A DNA stretch of 62,044 bases, filler included. It is 3 parts of 3 records of this genome, joined end to end, with 100 filler letters (N's around TTAATTAATTAA, not from the genome) between each part and the next. Parts side by side here need not be neighbours in the genome. Positions count along the whole stretch, not along the records: positions 28,951 to 56,939 come from SRR20825006_1282; 2 more parts are not named here. The stretch is one strand, 5' to 3'. The stretch's first letter is position 1, and every line of letters begins with the position of its first letter. Position numbers and translations under genes: made by a program. Positions 29,160 to 39,529 of this stretch are shown here, piece by piece. Under the pieces are notes generated by a model that was given only the letters and a program-made list of their open reading frames with translations, did no database searches and was not told where the DNA came from.

Positions 29160-31088
29160 ATGAGTTATCAGGTCCTTGCCCGTAAATACCGCCCCCGTAC
29201 CTTCGATGAACTGGTGGGGCAGGAGCACGTTTCACGGGCCCTGATGCACGCCCTGGATCAGGATCGCTTGCACCATGCCTACCTGTTCACGGGGACGCGC
29301 GGGGTGGGGAAAACCACCATCGCCCGTATTCTCTCTCGTTGTCTGAACTGCGAACAGGGTGTCAGCGCTCGTCCTTGCGGCGTATGCCCCACCTGTCAGG
29401 AAATTACTGACGGGCGCTTCGTGGACCTGATCGAAGTGGATGCGGCCAGCCGTACCAAAGTGGAAGACACCCGCGAGTTGCTCGATAACGTGCAGTACGC
29501 ACCGACCCGGGGCCGCTACAAGGTGTACCTGATCGATGAGGTGCACATGCTCTCGGCGCATTCGTTCAATGCGTTGCTGAAAACCCTGGAAGAACCGCCT
29601 CCCCATGTGAAATTCCTGCTGGCCACCACCGATCCGCAGAAACTGCCGGTGACCGTGCTGTCCCGCTGTTTGCAGTTCAGTCTCAAGGCGTTGCCGGCCG
29701 AGCAGATTGCCGGGCACCTGAAAGCCTTGCTCGACAAGGAAATGATTCGCTACGAAGAGCCGGCGCTGCTGTCGTTGGGTAAAGCGGCTCAGGGTTCCAT
29801 GCGCGATGCATTGAGCCTGACGGATCAGGCGATTGCCTTCGGCAGTGAGCAACTCAGCAGTGAGGCGGTGAACGCCATGCTGGGAACGGTGGACCGCAAT
29901 CACGTACTGACGCTGCTGGTGGCGCTGGCGGAGCAGGAGCCCGGTGGTGTGTTGCAGGCGCTGGCGACGGTCAGCGAGCATTGTCCCGGCGAGCTGGCCT
30001 TGCTGGATGAACTGATCAGCCAGCTTCACCAGCTGGCGGTGTGCCAGGCGGTGCCGGGCAGCTACGACGAGACCCAGCAACAGCTGGCGGCTGCACTGAC
30101 CGCAGAACAGATTCAACTGTATTACGATGTGGCCTTGCGTGGTCGCCGAGACCTGCAGGATGCACCGGATAGCCGTGCAGCACTGGAAATGCTGCTGTTG
30201 CGCATGGTGCTATTTACGCCTAAAGGCGTGCTGGTGCAGGGGGACAGCCCCGCCGCAAAAAAGCCTGAAGCGGCAGCGCCGTCGGCAGAGCCCGGCGGTA
30301 AGCCGGATTTGCGTGCCTTGCTGAACAGCCCGCCTGCCACTGAGACGTCGTCTGCGCCTGTTGCTACCCCGGCGGCCTCGGAGCCGGCTCCGTCCGTTGC
30401 CGTGTCTGCCCCGCAAGCCGCTTCCGTTGAGGCGGTTGCAGCCCCTGCATCTGCAGAGGATGCCCCGCCCTGGGATGAGAGCCCGGTTCCGTCTTCTCCG
30501 TCGTCAGCTCAGTCATCCCGTTCGGCCTCTGCGACTTTGACCCAGGTGGAATCGCGGCAAGCGGAGCCTGCTGCCGAGAGCTCGCCAGTGGCTGCTGTGC
30601 AGCCGCAGAGTGAGCCTGAGCCTGAGCCTGCTCCGGAACCGGAACCGGAACCGGAACAAAGTCTGGCGCCACTGGCAGAGCCGACCACGGAAGCGGAAGT
30701 GGCCACCTGGTGGGCGGCCTTGCTGTTGCGTCTGGATGTGGATGGCACGGTGCGTAATATCGCCCGCAATGCGGTGCTTATCAGCCGAGAGGAAAGTGTC
30801 TGGACGCTGCGGATCAGCCCTGGGCATCAGGTGCTGGTTAACCGGGAGCGGCTGGAGGAACTGAGCGGTGCGCTGGGTAATTACTTCCAGCGTCGTATTC
30901 AGGTTCAAGTGGAATTTGAACAGCAGCCGGGGGCGACCCCGGAACTAATGGCCGAAGCACGCCGGCAGGAATTGCTGGCCCAAGCCAAGGATGCCCTGCA
31001 CGCCGACCCGGTGGTGCAGCAGTTGGTTACCACCTTTGCCGGGCGATTGGACGAAGAAAGTGTCACCCCGAAAGAGACAGTGGAATGA
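29160..31088 (+). CDS. dnaX: DNA polymerase III tau/gamma
   Basis: MSYQVLARKYRP, GTRGVGKT, DEVHMLS, SRC; Pro/Ala/Glu-rich linker. Confidence 0.98.
   Translation: MSYQVLARKYRPRTFDELVGQEHVSRALMHALDQDRLHHAYLFTGTRGVGKTTIARILSRCLNCEQGVSARPCGVCPTCQEITDGRFVDLIEVDAASRTKVEDTRELLDNVQYAPTRGRYKVYLIDEVHMLSAHSFNALLKTLEEPPPHVKFLLATTDPQKLPVTVLSRCLQFSLKALPAEQIAGHLKALLDKEMIRYEEPALLSLGKAAQGSMRDALSLTDQAIAFGSEQLSSEAVNAMLGTVDRNHVLTLLVALAEQEPGGVLQALATVSEHCPGELALLDELISQLHQLAVCQAVPGSYDETQQQLAAALTAEQIQLYYDVALRGRRDLQDAPDSRAALEMLLLRMVLFTPKGVLVQGDSPAAKKPEAAAPSAEPGGKPDLRALLNSPPATETSSAPVATPAASEPAPSVAVSAPQAASVEAVAAPASAEDAPPWDESPVPSSPSSAQSSRSASATLTQVESRQAEPAAESSPVAAVQPQSEPEPEPAPEPEPEPEQSLAPLAEPTTEAEVATWWAALLLRLDVDGTVRNIARNAVLISREESVWTLRISPGHQVLVNRERLEELSGALGNYFQRRIQVQVEFEQQPGATPELMAEARRQELLAQAKDALHADPVVQQLVTTFAGRLDEESVTPKETVE
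30238..30297 (+). other. Putative -1 programmed ribosomal frameshift signal in dnaX
   Basis: AGGGGG SD-like element, in-frame A_AAA_AAG (30257-30263), -1 frame GCC TGA, downstream GC hairpin. Confidence 0.72.
30610..30657 (+). repeat. Hexamer repeats (GAGCCT)n/(CCGGAA)n encoding a Glu-Pro linker
   Basis: Visible tandem repeats giving EPEPEPAPEPEPEPE. Confidence 0.85.
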
Positions 31089-31180
31089 GAAATGCTGCAC
31101 GCGATGTGCAACACGCAACACGGTAAAACCGCTTTTGTCTTTTTACCGTGTTGCGTGAAGCGTGCGGCCTGATGCGTTGT
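31089..31180. repeat. Inverted arrays of degenerate heptamers (REP-like)
   Basis: nnCACGC-type units on the left and GCGTGnn units on the right; 17 bp perfect stem 31112-31128/31141-31157. Confidence 0.72.
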
Positions 31181-31194
31181 TAGTGGAGCAAACC

Positions 31195-31512
31195 ATGGAT
31201 TTCGATATTAACAATCTCATGCAGCAGGCCCAGGCCATGCAGGAGAAAATGAAGAAAATGCAGGACGAGGCCGCCAACAGTGAAGTGGTGGGCGAGTCCG
31301 GTGCGGGCCTGGTGAAGGTCACCATGAACGGTCGGCACGATGTGAAAGGCGTGGATATTGATGCCAGCCTGATGAGTGAAGACAAGGAATTGCTGGAAGA
31401 CCTGCTCGCCGCTGCCGTGAATGATGCGGTGCGCCGGGTGGAAAAACAGCAGCAGGACAACATGCAGAACATGGCAGGAGGCTTTCCCTTCCCGCCAGGT
31501 TTCAAGCCGTAA
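31195..31512 (+). CDS. ybaB: YbaB/EbfC nucleoid-associated protein
   Basis: [31 protein letters not shown]; dnaX-ybaB-recR synteny. Confidence 0.96.
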   Translation: MDFDINNLMQQAQAMQEKMKKMQDEAANSEVVGESGAGLVKVTMNGRHDVKGVDIDASLMSEDKELLEDLLAAAVNDAVRRVEKQQQDNMQNMAGGFPFPPGFKP

Positions 31513-31535
31513 GCCATCGACGGGACGCCGAGACT

Positions 31536-32135
31536 GTGAAACACGCGCCGCTGGTGGACCAGCTGATCAATGCCTTTACTTGCCTGCCCGGAGTCGGCCC
31601 CCGTTCTGCCCAGCGCATGGCCTATGCACTGCTGGACCGCGGCCGTGAATCCGGGCGGCGGCTGGGGGATGCCCTGCATGCCGCCATGGACGGTGTGCAG
31701 CATTGTCAACGGTGCCGCAATTATGCAGAAGCGGAACTGTGCCCGGTATGTGATGACCCCCGCCGGGATGCGTCGCTGGTGTGCATCGTTGCGACCCCTG
31801 GGGACGTGCTGGCGTTTGAGCAATCCGGCGAATACCGGGGGCAATATTTTGTGCTGATGGGAGAGTTATCGCCCCTGGATGGTGTGGGCCCCCGTGAGTT
31901 GGGACTGGATGTGCTTGAACAACGTCTCAATGAAGGACAGATCAGCGAGTTGATTCTGGCGACCGGCACCACAGTGGAAGGCGAAGCGACCGCGCACTAT
32001 GTGCTGGACCTGGCCCAGGACGCGGGGGTGGGTGTCAGTCGTATTGCTCAGGGCGTCCCCATGGGGGGGGAGCTGGAATTCGTGGATGGCGCCACCCTGG
32101 CGCAGGCGCTGAAGGGGCGTCGGCCGTTTGAATAA
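31536..32135 (+). CDS. recR: Recombination protein RecR
   Basis: [12 protein letters not shown]4 zinc finger, TOPRIM (EGEATA), [13 protein letters not shown]. Confidence 0.97.
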   Translation: MKHAPLVDQLINAFTCLPGVGPRSAQRMAYALLDRGRESGRRLGDALHAAMDGVQHCQRCRNYAEAELCPVCDDPRRDASLVCIVATPGDVLAFEQSGEYRGQYFVLMGELSPLDGVGPRELGLDVLEQRLNEGQISELILATGTTVEGEATAHYVLDLAQDAGVGVSRIAQGVPMGGELEFVDGATLAQALKGRRPFE

Positions 32136-32391
32136 GTACAGCAACGCTGTAGCGCCGCACGACACAACAACCCTCTAACGACGCCGTTTCTTCAGCAGAA
32201 CCCCGCCCGATTCTCCGGCCAACCCCCCTGTCTTCCGGTCAGACAGGCTGTTCCAGCTTTCTGTTGTGACGAGCCATCTTCCCGTATTTTTCGTTTTGTG
32301 CGCGGAGCGTGAAGCCTGTTGCGAATTCATGCTATGTTAGTAACCAAGCAAGCGCTAGGTTGTGCGCAATGAATGAACGAAAGGAGGCCCT

Positions 32392-33534
32392 GTGAGCGCC
32401 CTGAACTATTTCAATGAAACCCACCAGATGGTGCGCGATACCGTCCGCAAATTCGTCGAACGGGAAATTCTCCCGGACGTGGATGACTGGGAAGAAGCCG
32501 GGGAGTTTCCCCGTGAGTTGTACAAGACGGCGGCGGACGCAGGCATTCTCGGCATTAATGCCCCGGAGGAATTTGGCGGAACAGGCGAAGACGTCTTCAT
32601 GAAGATCGCTGCCTGTGAAGAGCTGGTGCGTTGTTCTTCGGGTGGGCTGTGCGCAAGCCTTGGTTCCCTGGATATCGGTCTGCCGCCGGTTTGGAAGTGG
32701 GGTAGTGAAGCCATGAAGCAGCGGGTTATTCCTGAGGTGATCAGTGGTGACAAAATCTCTGCTCTGGCCATCACGGAACCCAATGGGGGCTCTGACGTGG
32801 CGAACCTGCAAACCCGTGCCGTGCGAGAGGGGGATCATTATGTGGTGAACGGGGCCAAGACTTTCATCACCAGCGGTGTACGGGCGGATTATTACACCGT
32901 GGCGGTGCGTACCGGTGACAAGGGGTATGGCGGCATCAGCCTGCTGTTGATCGAGAAGGGCACGCCGGGGTTTACCGTGGGCCGTAAGCTGAAAAAAATG
33001 GGTTGGTGGGCATCGGATACCGCTGAGTTGTTTTTCGAAGATTGCCGGGTGCCAGTGGAAAACCTGATCGGACCGGAGAACGGTGGCTTCTATTGCATCA
33101 TGAGCAACTTCCAGATGGAGCGTTTGATTCTGGCGGTGACGGCAAACAGCACCGCCCAATTGGCGCTGGATGAAGCCATGAAGTATGTGAAGGAGCGGGA
33201 AGCTTTTGGACGTCCTCTTGCCGGCTTCCAGGTGACTCGCCACAAGCTGGCGGAAATGGCGACGGATGTGAAAGCCAGCACCGAGTTTACCTATCGTGTG
33301 GCCGCAAAGATTGCAGCCGGTGAAAACTGTGTGCTGGATGTGTCCATGGCGAAGAATGTGGCAACTCGCTGCGCGGATCGGGTGACTTATGACGCGGTGC
33401 AGTTATTTGGTGGCAGCGGTTACATGCGCGGCACGGTGGTCGAACGTTTGTTCCGCGACAACCGCATTCTGTCCATCGGCGGTGGCACCCATGAAATCAT
33501 GAACGAAGTGATTGCCAAACAAATGGGGCTTTAA
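32392..33534 (+). CDS. Acyl-CoA dehydrogenase
   Basis: AITEPNGGSD, NGAKTFIT, REAFG...FQ, QLFGGSGY, IGGGTHEIM. Confidence 0.95.
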   Translation: MSALNYFNETHQMVRDTVRKFVEREILPDVDDWEEAGEFPRELYKTAADAGILGINAPEEFGGTGEDVFMKIAACEELVRCSSGGLCASLGSLDIGLPPVWKWGSEAMKQRVIPEVISGDKISALAITEPNGGSDVANLQTRAVREGDHYVVNGAKTFITSGVRADYYTVAVRTGDKGYGGISLLLIEKGTPGFTVGRKLKKMGWWASDTAELFFEDCRVPVENLIGPENGGFYCIMSNFQMERLILAVTANSTAQLALDEAMKYVKEREAFGRPLAGFQVTRHKLAEMATDVKASTEFTYRVAAKIAAGENCVLDVSMAKNVATRCADRVTYDAVQLFGGSGYMRGTVVERLFRDNRILSIGGGTHEIMNEVIAKQMGL

Positions 33535-33597
33535 GAGACGCGACACGCTGCATGCTGCACGCAACAGCGCGGACCGAGAGTGTCGCAATCTGAAACG

Positions 33598-33635
33598 AAA
33601 GAGGCCGCGCCCATGAGTTTGGGCGCGGCCTCTTT
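33598..33635. terminator. Bidirectional intrinsic terminator (part of direct-repeat copy 1)
   Basis: AAAGAGGCCGCGCCCA-N6-TGGGCGCGGCCTCTTT between convergent genes. Confidence 0.85.
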
Positions 33636-33682
33636 GTTGTAAGCGAGCCTTGCGTGATGCATGCAGCGTGGAGCGACTCCCT

Positions 33683-34675
33683 TTAAGTACACTCCGCCCG
33701 TGCCGGCGCCATTTTGCAGCGCACCTTGCGCAACAGAGTCAGCATAGCCGGGTCGTAGTAACCTTCGTCACGAAGCTGGTTGCGGGCTTCCTGCATCATC
33801 ACTTCGTACTCGGCCTTGTCGGCATCGGGGATTTCTACCCACCAACGCTTGTCCACGTGCTGAGCTTCTTTGTCCAGCTGATCGGTGATGCGGTGCAGGT
33901 TGTTGTAGAAATACTCACGGGATTTTTGCGCCATGTCTGCCGGGAACTTGTCTTTCTTGGCGATCAGCTGAATGGTCAACTGGGCCAGCGGATAATTGAT
34001 GATGCCACCGTCCGGGCTCAGGCCCTTGTAGAGTTCCAGCGCGTTGTAGGCAACCAGTGGCGCAGCGATCACGTCTACCACCCCATTGTTGAACTTGGTG
34101 GAGAAATTGGTGATGTCCGAGGCAACCGGAGTAGCGCCGACCTGGGAAACCAGCTTGGCCTGGGTTTCATCATATTCCAGCACGGCGACTTTCTTGCCGG
34201 CCGCTTTGGCCAGGGAATTCACCTGGCGATCGTTAACGAATACATACGCAGCACCGGCAGGCGCAATCCCCATGATCTGGTAGGAGCCCTGTGACAGTTT
34301 GTCTGCGCTCTGTGGGTGAGAGAGCACCTGAAGGACCACTTTCATGTGATCCATGGAGGGGATGGCGCCAATGGAATCCACAGTGCCGGCGTATTTGTTG
34401 AACGCCCGGCCGCGGATACCGGTAATCAAGGAGGCATCACACACACCGGCTTTCAGGTCCTCAGCAGCAATAGCTTCGTTGGTGTAGGGCACCAGCTCGG
34501 TTTCCAGGCCCCAGTCCAGTGCGGCGGCTTTCCAGTCTTTCATGGCGCCCATGACCGGGCCCACATTGCCGACAATATCAAATACACAAATTTTGCGTTT
34601 AATGGTGTCTGCCTGTGCGCTGAAAGGTACGGATAGCGCATAAAAGGCCAGAACGGAGGTAAACAGCTTCTTCAT
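33683..34675 (-). CDS. DctP-fold/AdeT-like solute-binding protein (orphan paralogue of 53141-54157)
   Basis: Signal peptide; CVFDIVG, EDLKAGxCD, SDITNFS.KFNNG, ALELYKG, LRKVRC shared with the paralogue. Confidence 0.82.
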   Translation of the reverse strand: MKKLFTSVLAFYALSVPFSAQADTIKRKICVFDIVGNVGPVMGAMKDWKAAALDWGLETELVPYTNEAIAAEDLKAGVCDASLITGIRGRAFNKYAGTVDSIGAIPSMDHMKVVLQVLSHPQSADKLSQGSYQIMGIAPAGAAYVFVNDRQVNSLAKAAGKKVAVLEYDETQAKLVSQVGATPVASDITNFSTKFNNGVVDVIAAPLVAYNALELYKGLSPDGGIINYPLAQLTIQLIAKKDKFPADMAQKSREYFYNNLHRITDQLDKEAQHVDKRWWVEIPDADKAEYEVMMQEARNQLRDEGYYDPAMLTLLRKVRCKMAPARAECT

Positions 34676-34788
34676 CAGTGTGTCCCTGCTTGTTATTACT
34701 GGTATTTCTGCTGATGAGCAGTCTTTCGATACTAGAGAGGTCAACCGTCAACGCAATGCCTTTGATGTGCTATTCAAGGGCATTCGGG

Positions 34789-35817
34789 TCAATCAGGGTT
34801 GTTGCTGGGCACGGTGTTGCGACGAACTTCACCTGGGGTGCATCCGGTCCAGTTTCGGTAAGCTTTGCTAAAGCTGGATTGGTCACTGTAGCCCAGCAAA
34901 CCGGCAATCTTTTCCAGAGGCATGCACGTTTCTTGTAAATATCGAGTCGCAAACGTTTCCCGTACTTTGTTGCGAATGCCACTAAAGGCTGTGCCTGCCA
35001 AGGACAGATGACGGCGTAATGAACGGGGACTCATATCCAGCTTTTCGGCAATGATTTCCAGTGAGCTGTTACGGCCGGGCTCATTCATTATTTCTTGGCG
35101 CACCAGGTTTACGACCCTGAGGCTGTCGTTGCTATCCAGTTGTTTTCGGGAGCGGGCGGTGGCTAGGAAGTTAGCCATGCTGGCGTCATCGATTCGCGGC
35201 TGATGAGGTGATAGCGACATGACAATACGAGTGGTGGGGCGGTTAAAGTGAACGGAGACATCTTCAGCCAGCTTATTCCATCCTAAGGATTTATCTGGAC
35301 AGGGAAAATCGCATTCGAAAGTGAAGTCTCGGCAGATCATCGTTGAGAGTGAATAAATACTGCCCATGTAAATGCTGGTGATGGTCGGTCTGAGTTCTTC
35401 AAATTCCCAGTTGTCACGCAGGTCAATGGTGATGGTGTCACCATTACACTGAATATCCATGTCCATAAGGGGAACGGAAACCTGAAGATACTGGATCACC
35501 ATTCTTGCAAGTTTGCGAGGGTCTTGCTGTTTAAGTAGGGCAAAGCCAAAAATGCCGTGGCCGTGAAGATCAAGCTGCTGACCAAATCGAAAACCTGCGG
35601 TGACATCGTTAAGTAAAATGCTGGCTTTGCGGAGAACGTGGCAAATTTGTCGAATGGTTATGTAGCTATCGGGATCGTTCAGGGTTTTTAAGTCGAGGCC
35701 GGAATTTTCAAGCACTGCCGTGCCAGTTATTCCGTGTGTTTGTACAAATCGTAAATAGCGCCGACCGTAATGAGTGGAAACGAGAGGAACGTCTAGAGCG
35801 CGTCCCTGATTTTTCAT
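34789..35817 (-). CDS. AraC-family regulator (OruR-like ligand domain)
   Basis: HGIFGFAL N-domain; IAEKLDMSPRSLRRHL and IAGLLGYSDQSSFSKAY..WTG.TP. Confidence 0.92.
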   Translation of the reverse strand: MKNQGRALDVPLVSTHYGRRYLRFVQTHGITGTAVLENSGLDLKTLNDPDSYITIRQICHVLRKASILLNDVTAGFRFGQQLDLHGHGIFGFALLKQQDPRKLARMVIQYLQVSVPLMDMDIQCNGDTITIDLRDNWEFEELRPTITSIYMGSIYSLSTMICRDFTFECDFPCPDKSLGWNKLAEDVSVHFNRPTTRIVMSLSPHQPRIDDASMANFLATARSRKQLDSNDSLRVVNLVRQEIMNEPGRNSSLEIIAEKLDMSPRSLRRHLSLAGTAFSGIRNKVRETFATRYLQETCMPLEKIAGLLGYSDQSSFSKAYRNWTGCTPGEVRRNTVPSNNPD

Positions 35818-35911
35818 TGTTTCATTTTTCGGTTAACTGCAGGGCAGATGGTGCAAAATTGCATAGAGGAGGATCACAAAAGTACACCTTCCCCCATAAG
35901 AAAAATAGATT

Positions 35912-35943
35912 TTGCCATTTTTAACAAAAAAATGGCCGTTTTT
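35912..35943 (+). promoter_or_regulatory. Putative AraC operator: 11 bp direct repeat at 21 bp spacing
   Basis: TTGCCATTTTT (35912) and TGGCCGTTTTT (35933) in the divergent promoter region. Confidence 0.55.
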
Positions 35944-36017
35944 ACTATTAAGCCAGTGAGCATTGCTGGCCATGATTGCGCCCGCCTTAACAGCAAGAAT
36001 AAACAGGGGGGGTAGTA

Positions 36018-36797
36018 ATGCAAAAGGAAAAAAGTCACAGATTGAAAGCGCGTTATGTTCCTATCTCAAAAGTATCAGTGCCTATGGCACGAAGAATGTA
36101 TGAGATTTATTCCGGTTACTACGACAATGTTGGTCTTGAACTGTTTTGTGATGACATGTCCGAAAAAAGTGGCGTGTTGTTGGTCGAAGATAAAAGGTCA
36201 AAACGCATTGTTGGTTTCTCTACCATGAAAACCTTGCACCTTAGTACTGGAAATAAAACGGTAAAAGGTGTTTTCAGTGGAGATACGATTATTGAGCAGG
36301 AATATTGGGGTAGTAAGGCTCTCCAGGTTGCATTTTTCCTTCGTCTTATTCGCGAAAAATTACGCCACCCGTTTCGGCCCATGTTCTGGTTGTTAATCTC
36401 CAAGGGTTATAAAACTTATCTTTTAATGGCAAATAATTTTTATAATTACTACCCGAAGACTGATGCGCACTGTGAAAAACTCGAAAGTTTAGTAGACAAC
36501 TATTGCGATCAGCTTTTCAAGCCGTATTACTGTTCAGAAAAAAGAATTCTTGATTTTGGTGAGGGGTATACTCATCTCAAGTCTAACGTGGCGACTATTT
36601 CTGATGAAATGCGCACGCAGAATGAAAAAATTCTCTTTTTTGAAAAAAGAAATCCTTCCTGGGAACGTGGTACGGAGTTGCCCTGTATCGGCGAAGTAAG
36701 TTACTCCCTTATCTTTAGATATCCCTTTGATCTTTTGCGTAAACTGCGAAGAAAGAGTCGCCAAACCTCTATCTCAGCCATGCCGGCCAATAACTAG
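36018..36797 (+). CDS. Uncharacterised GNAT-like protein
   Basis: KRIVGFST strand then FSGDTIIEQEYWGS (motif A-like); first gene of the operon. Confidence 0.68.
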   Translation: MQKEKSHRLKARYVPISKVSVPMARRMYEIYSGYYDNVGLELFCDDMSEKSGVLLVEDKRSKRIVGFSTMKTLHLSTGNKTVKGVFSGDTIIEQEYWGSKALQVAFFLRLIREKLRHPFRPMFWLLISKGYKTYLLMANNFYNYYPKTDAHCEKLESLVDNYCDQLFKPYYCSEKRILDFGEGYTHLKSNVATISDEMRTQNEKILFFEKRNPSWERGTELPCIGEVSYSLIFRYPFDLLRKLRRKSRQTSISAMPANN

Positions 36798-36809
36798 AAA
36801 GGGATAACA

Positions 36810-38438
36810 ATGTTCGGGCATAGATTATTAAAGCTGGCAACAGGTGCTGGGGAGCGTCGTTTTGCATCTTCACGCCAATCCATGGAGCAGGTTCAGCGAG
36901 AAAATCTTTCACGTATTCTCAGTCAGGTAGCAGGAATGCCTATGAGTGAGATTGCGGGACTGCAGGCGAACATGAGTTGGGAGCGGTTTACCTCAACTCA
37001 GCCGGTGACGGACTATGACCATTGGCGTGAAGGGATTGATGCTCAGCGTACGCTTGGAAAAGAGGGGTTGAGTCGATCACCGGTTAGCCGGTTTCAGCCA
37101 ACAAGCGGCTCTACTTCTGCTATTAAATGGGTTCCTTACACCAAGCAATTTCTTGGTGAGTTGGATAATGCGATTAGCCCTTGGGTTGTGGATCTATACA
37201 AGCAGTTTCCAGGGCTGTTGAAAGGGCGTCATTATTGGTCAATGTCATGGGTGCCCACCGCTCTGAGGGAAAGCATGAGCGAGGAAATCAATGACGATTT
37301 GCAGCTTATGTCCCTGGGCAAACGGCTCTTGGCCGGTGCCACGCAATCGGTTCCTCAGCAGGTTTCTCTGGCTCGCACTTCTGATGACTCTCTGTTTGCG
37401 ACTCTCGCTTGGTTGGCAGCGGATCCGTCGCTTTCCATGATGTCGATCTGGAGTCCAACATTTGGGTTGGGCATGCTCAAGGACATGGTTCGTTGGCGTG
37501 ATGAGCTGGCGGACGTGCTTGCCACAGGGCATTGGGGGCAGCGTATGGCAGGTGTGAAAAGTGCCGTTTGTCCAAGATCACCCAGAGCTGCGGCCATGCT
37601 GCGCGAATGGGATGGTGCTTTGAGCCCTGAGTTCTTTTCTGCCCTTTGGCCGTCATTGACGCTGGTCAGTGCTTGGGATACCGCCGCATCAGGCCCCTGG
37701 GCCAAACAGCTTCATGCGCTTCTTCCTCACGCTAATTTTCAGGGCAAGGGTCTGTGGGCCACAGAAGGGGTGGTGACAATTCCTTATCAAGGACAGCACA
37801 CGCTGGCCTATCGCAGCCATGCCTATGAATTTCAGAACCCGGAGGACGGGTCTGTGTACGCACCCTGGGAGCTGGAACCGGGTCAGGAAGTGATGCCGTT
37901 GTTGACTACCGGTAGTGGTCTCCTGCGTTATCGTTTGAAAGATCTGGTGAGGGTAGATGGTTTCAATCAGGGAGTACCAGTGCTTACCTTTCTGGGGCGA
38001 GCAGGAACAACCGATCTGGTTGGAGAAAAACTCACGGCTCCTGTATTGGATATGGCTATTGCGTCGTTGTCGTTACCTCGCGCAATAACACCGGTATGTA
38101 CTGTGGCTGTTGATGATACAGGGCAGGGAAAACCGGGTTATCTGCTGCTGCTGGAAGGTCAACGGGAGCAAGATGACACTATTGGCATCAAAGTAGAAAA
38201 CCAACTGCAGCAGCATTTTCATTACCAGTTGGCCAGAAATCTTGGCCAGTTGGAGCCGCTGCGATGTGTTGTGCACCCGGCGATGCGTGAGCGTTACCTG
38301 CAACAATGCCGTCAACGCGGAATGATCGAAGGCAATATCAAGATGGAGTCGCTGCAATATTGGCCGGGTCAGTTGCCTTCATGGCTATCTGCTATGGCGC
38401 CAGAAACCGTTATGCCTAACAAGGAAGCGGTATCTTGA
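36810..38438 (+). CDS. GH3-family acyl-adenylate/amide ligase
   Basis: PVTDYD, PTSGST..KWVPYT P-loop, ATEG, LTTGSGLLRYRLKD, FLGR, GEKL. Confidence 0.9.
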   Translation: MFGHRLLKLATGAGERRFASSRQSMEQVQRENLSRILSQVAGMPMSEIAGLQANMSWERFTSTQPVTDYDHWREGIDAQRTLGKEGLSRSPVSRFQPTSGSTSAIKWVPYTKQFLGELDNAISPWVVDLYKQFPGLLKGRHYWSMSWVPTALRESMSEEINDDLQLMSLGKRLLAGATQSVPQQVSLARTSDDSLFATLAWLAADPSLSMMSIWSPTFGLGMLKDMVRWRDELADVLATGHWGQRMAGVKSAVCPRSPRAAAMLREWDGALSPEFFSALWPSLTLVSAWDTAASGPWAKQLHALLPHANFQGKGLWATEGVVTIPYQGQHTLAYRSHAYEFQNPEDGSVYAPWELEPGQEVMPLLTTGSGLLRYRLKDLVRVDGFNQGVPVLTFLGRAGTTDLVGEKLTAPVLDMAIASLSLPRAITPVCTVAVDDTGQGKPGYLLLLEGQREQDDTIGIKVENQLQQHFHYQLARNLGQLEPLRCVVHPAMRERYLQQCRQRGMIEGNIKMESLQYWPGQLPSWLSAMAPETVMPNKEAVS

Positions 38439-39529
38439 GCTACCAGATTCGACCTGCTTGCGATGCAGACAATGCTGCCATTTTGGCTTTATTGCAGGGG
38501 ACACCCCAACAGGGCGTAATTACTCTTAATTTTGAGCGTCAGCCGGATTACTTCCGTGGTGCCCGGGTTACCTGTGAGCAACCGGATGTATGGGTGGCAG
38601 CCCCTCGCAATGCTGAAGGAACAGTGGGGGCAGTTTATAACGTAGGTTGGCGCAATCAATGGATCAATGGGCAGGTGCGCTCCATTCGTTATGCCCATGA
38701 TTTGCGTATCGCACCGGAGTTTCGTAACGGCATGATGCTGCATCGAATGTTCCGCCACCTTCGCAAGCAGTTAGTGGCGGGAGAGTGGATGCAGACAACG
38801 GTGCTTGGCGGCAATCAGGCATCCCTATCAACAGTAGCAAGTGGTCGTGCGGGGCTGCCAGTGTATTACCCGGCGGGAACCATTGAGACAAGCATGCTCT
38901 ATACCCGGTCTCGGCGGTCCAGGCAGCCCGCCGATGTGTTGATTAGACAGAGTACTGTTGACGATTTGCCAATAATCGCCGCGTTTTTGAAAAAAGTGGG
39001 CCAACAAAAACAATTTTTCCCAAGCTGGGATTTGAGTCGGCTCGAAGAAGATGATTATTGCTACGGCCTTAGCCCCAATGATTTTCTAGGTTTATGGGTT
39101 GAAGGACAGCTTAAGGGTGTACTGGGCTTCTGGGATCAGAAAGCCATTAAGCAGACGCGAGTGCTGCGATATAACCGTGGTATGGGGTTGCTGCGCCCCT
39201 TATACAATGCCCACAGCATGTTGCGTGGCGGAATGCGATTACCGCCTCCTGGGGGGGTGTTGTCTTACCTGACCCTACACAGTGTGGCGGTTGAAAACGA
39301 CGATCCGGAATTGCTGCGCTTGCTGTTGGATTATGCTGTTGGTTATTTTCACGGTCAGTACGATGCCCTCGTTTGCGGATTTTTCTCCAATGACCCCTTG
39401 GCGCGGGTGGCTAGAAAATACCGTAGACAGTTGTTGCGAAGCGAACATTTTTTGGTGAGCTTCGATGGCGATCCCCGCGAACAGCTAGACAGTCACCGGC
39501 CTTGGTATGTGGAGGTTGCGCGACTGTGA
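38435..39529 (+). CDS. Tandem-GNAT-like acyltransferase
   Basis: IRPA..AD, YAHDLRIAPEFRNG motif A, second repeat IRQST..D; 4 bp overlap with the GH3 gene. Confidence 0.72.
   Translation: MSYQIRPACDADNAAILALLQGTPQQGVITLNFERQPDYFRGARVTCEQPDVWVAAPRNAEGTVGAVYNVGWRNQWINGQVRSIRYAHDLRIAPEFRNGMMLHRMFRHLRKQLVAGEWMQTTVLGGNQASLSTVASGRAGLPVYYPAGTIETSMLYTRSRRSRQPADVLIRQSTVDDLPIIAAFLKKVGQQKQFFPSWDLSRLEEDDYCYGLSPNDFLGLWVEGQLKGVLGFWDQKAIKQTRVLRYNRGMGLLRPLYNAHSMLRGGMRLPPPGGVLSYLTLHSVAVENDDPELLRLLLDYAVGYFHGQYDALVCGFFSNDPLARVARKYRRQLLRSEHFLVSFDGDPREQLDSHRPWYVEVARL

Noticed and set aside
30610-30657. Tandem hexamer repeats as a possible contingency locus or array
   Set aside because: In-frame Glu-Pro low-complexity linker typical of DnaX
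31089-31180. Intergenic repeats as a possible CRISPR array
   Set aside because: No constant repeat with unique spacers and no cas genes anywhere in the window
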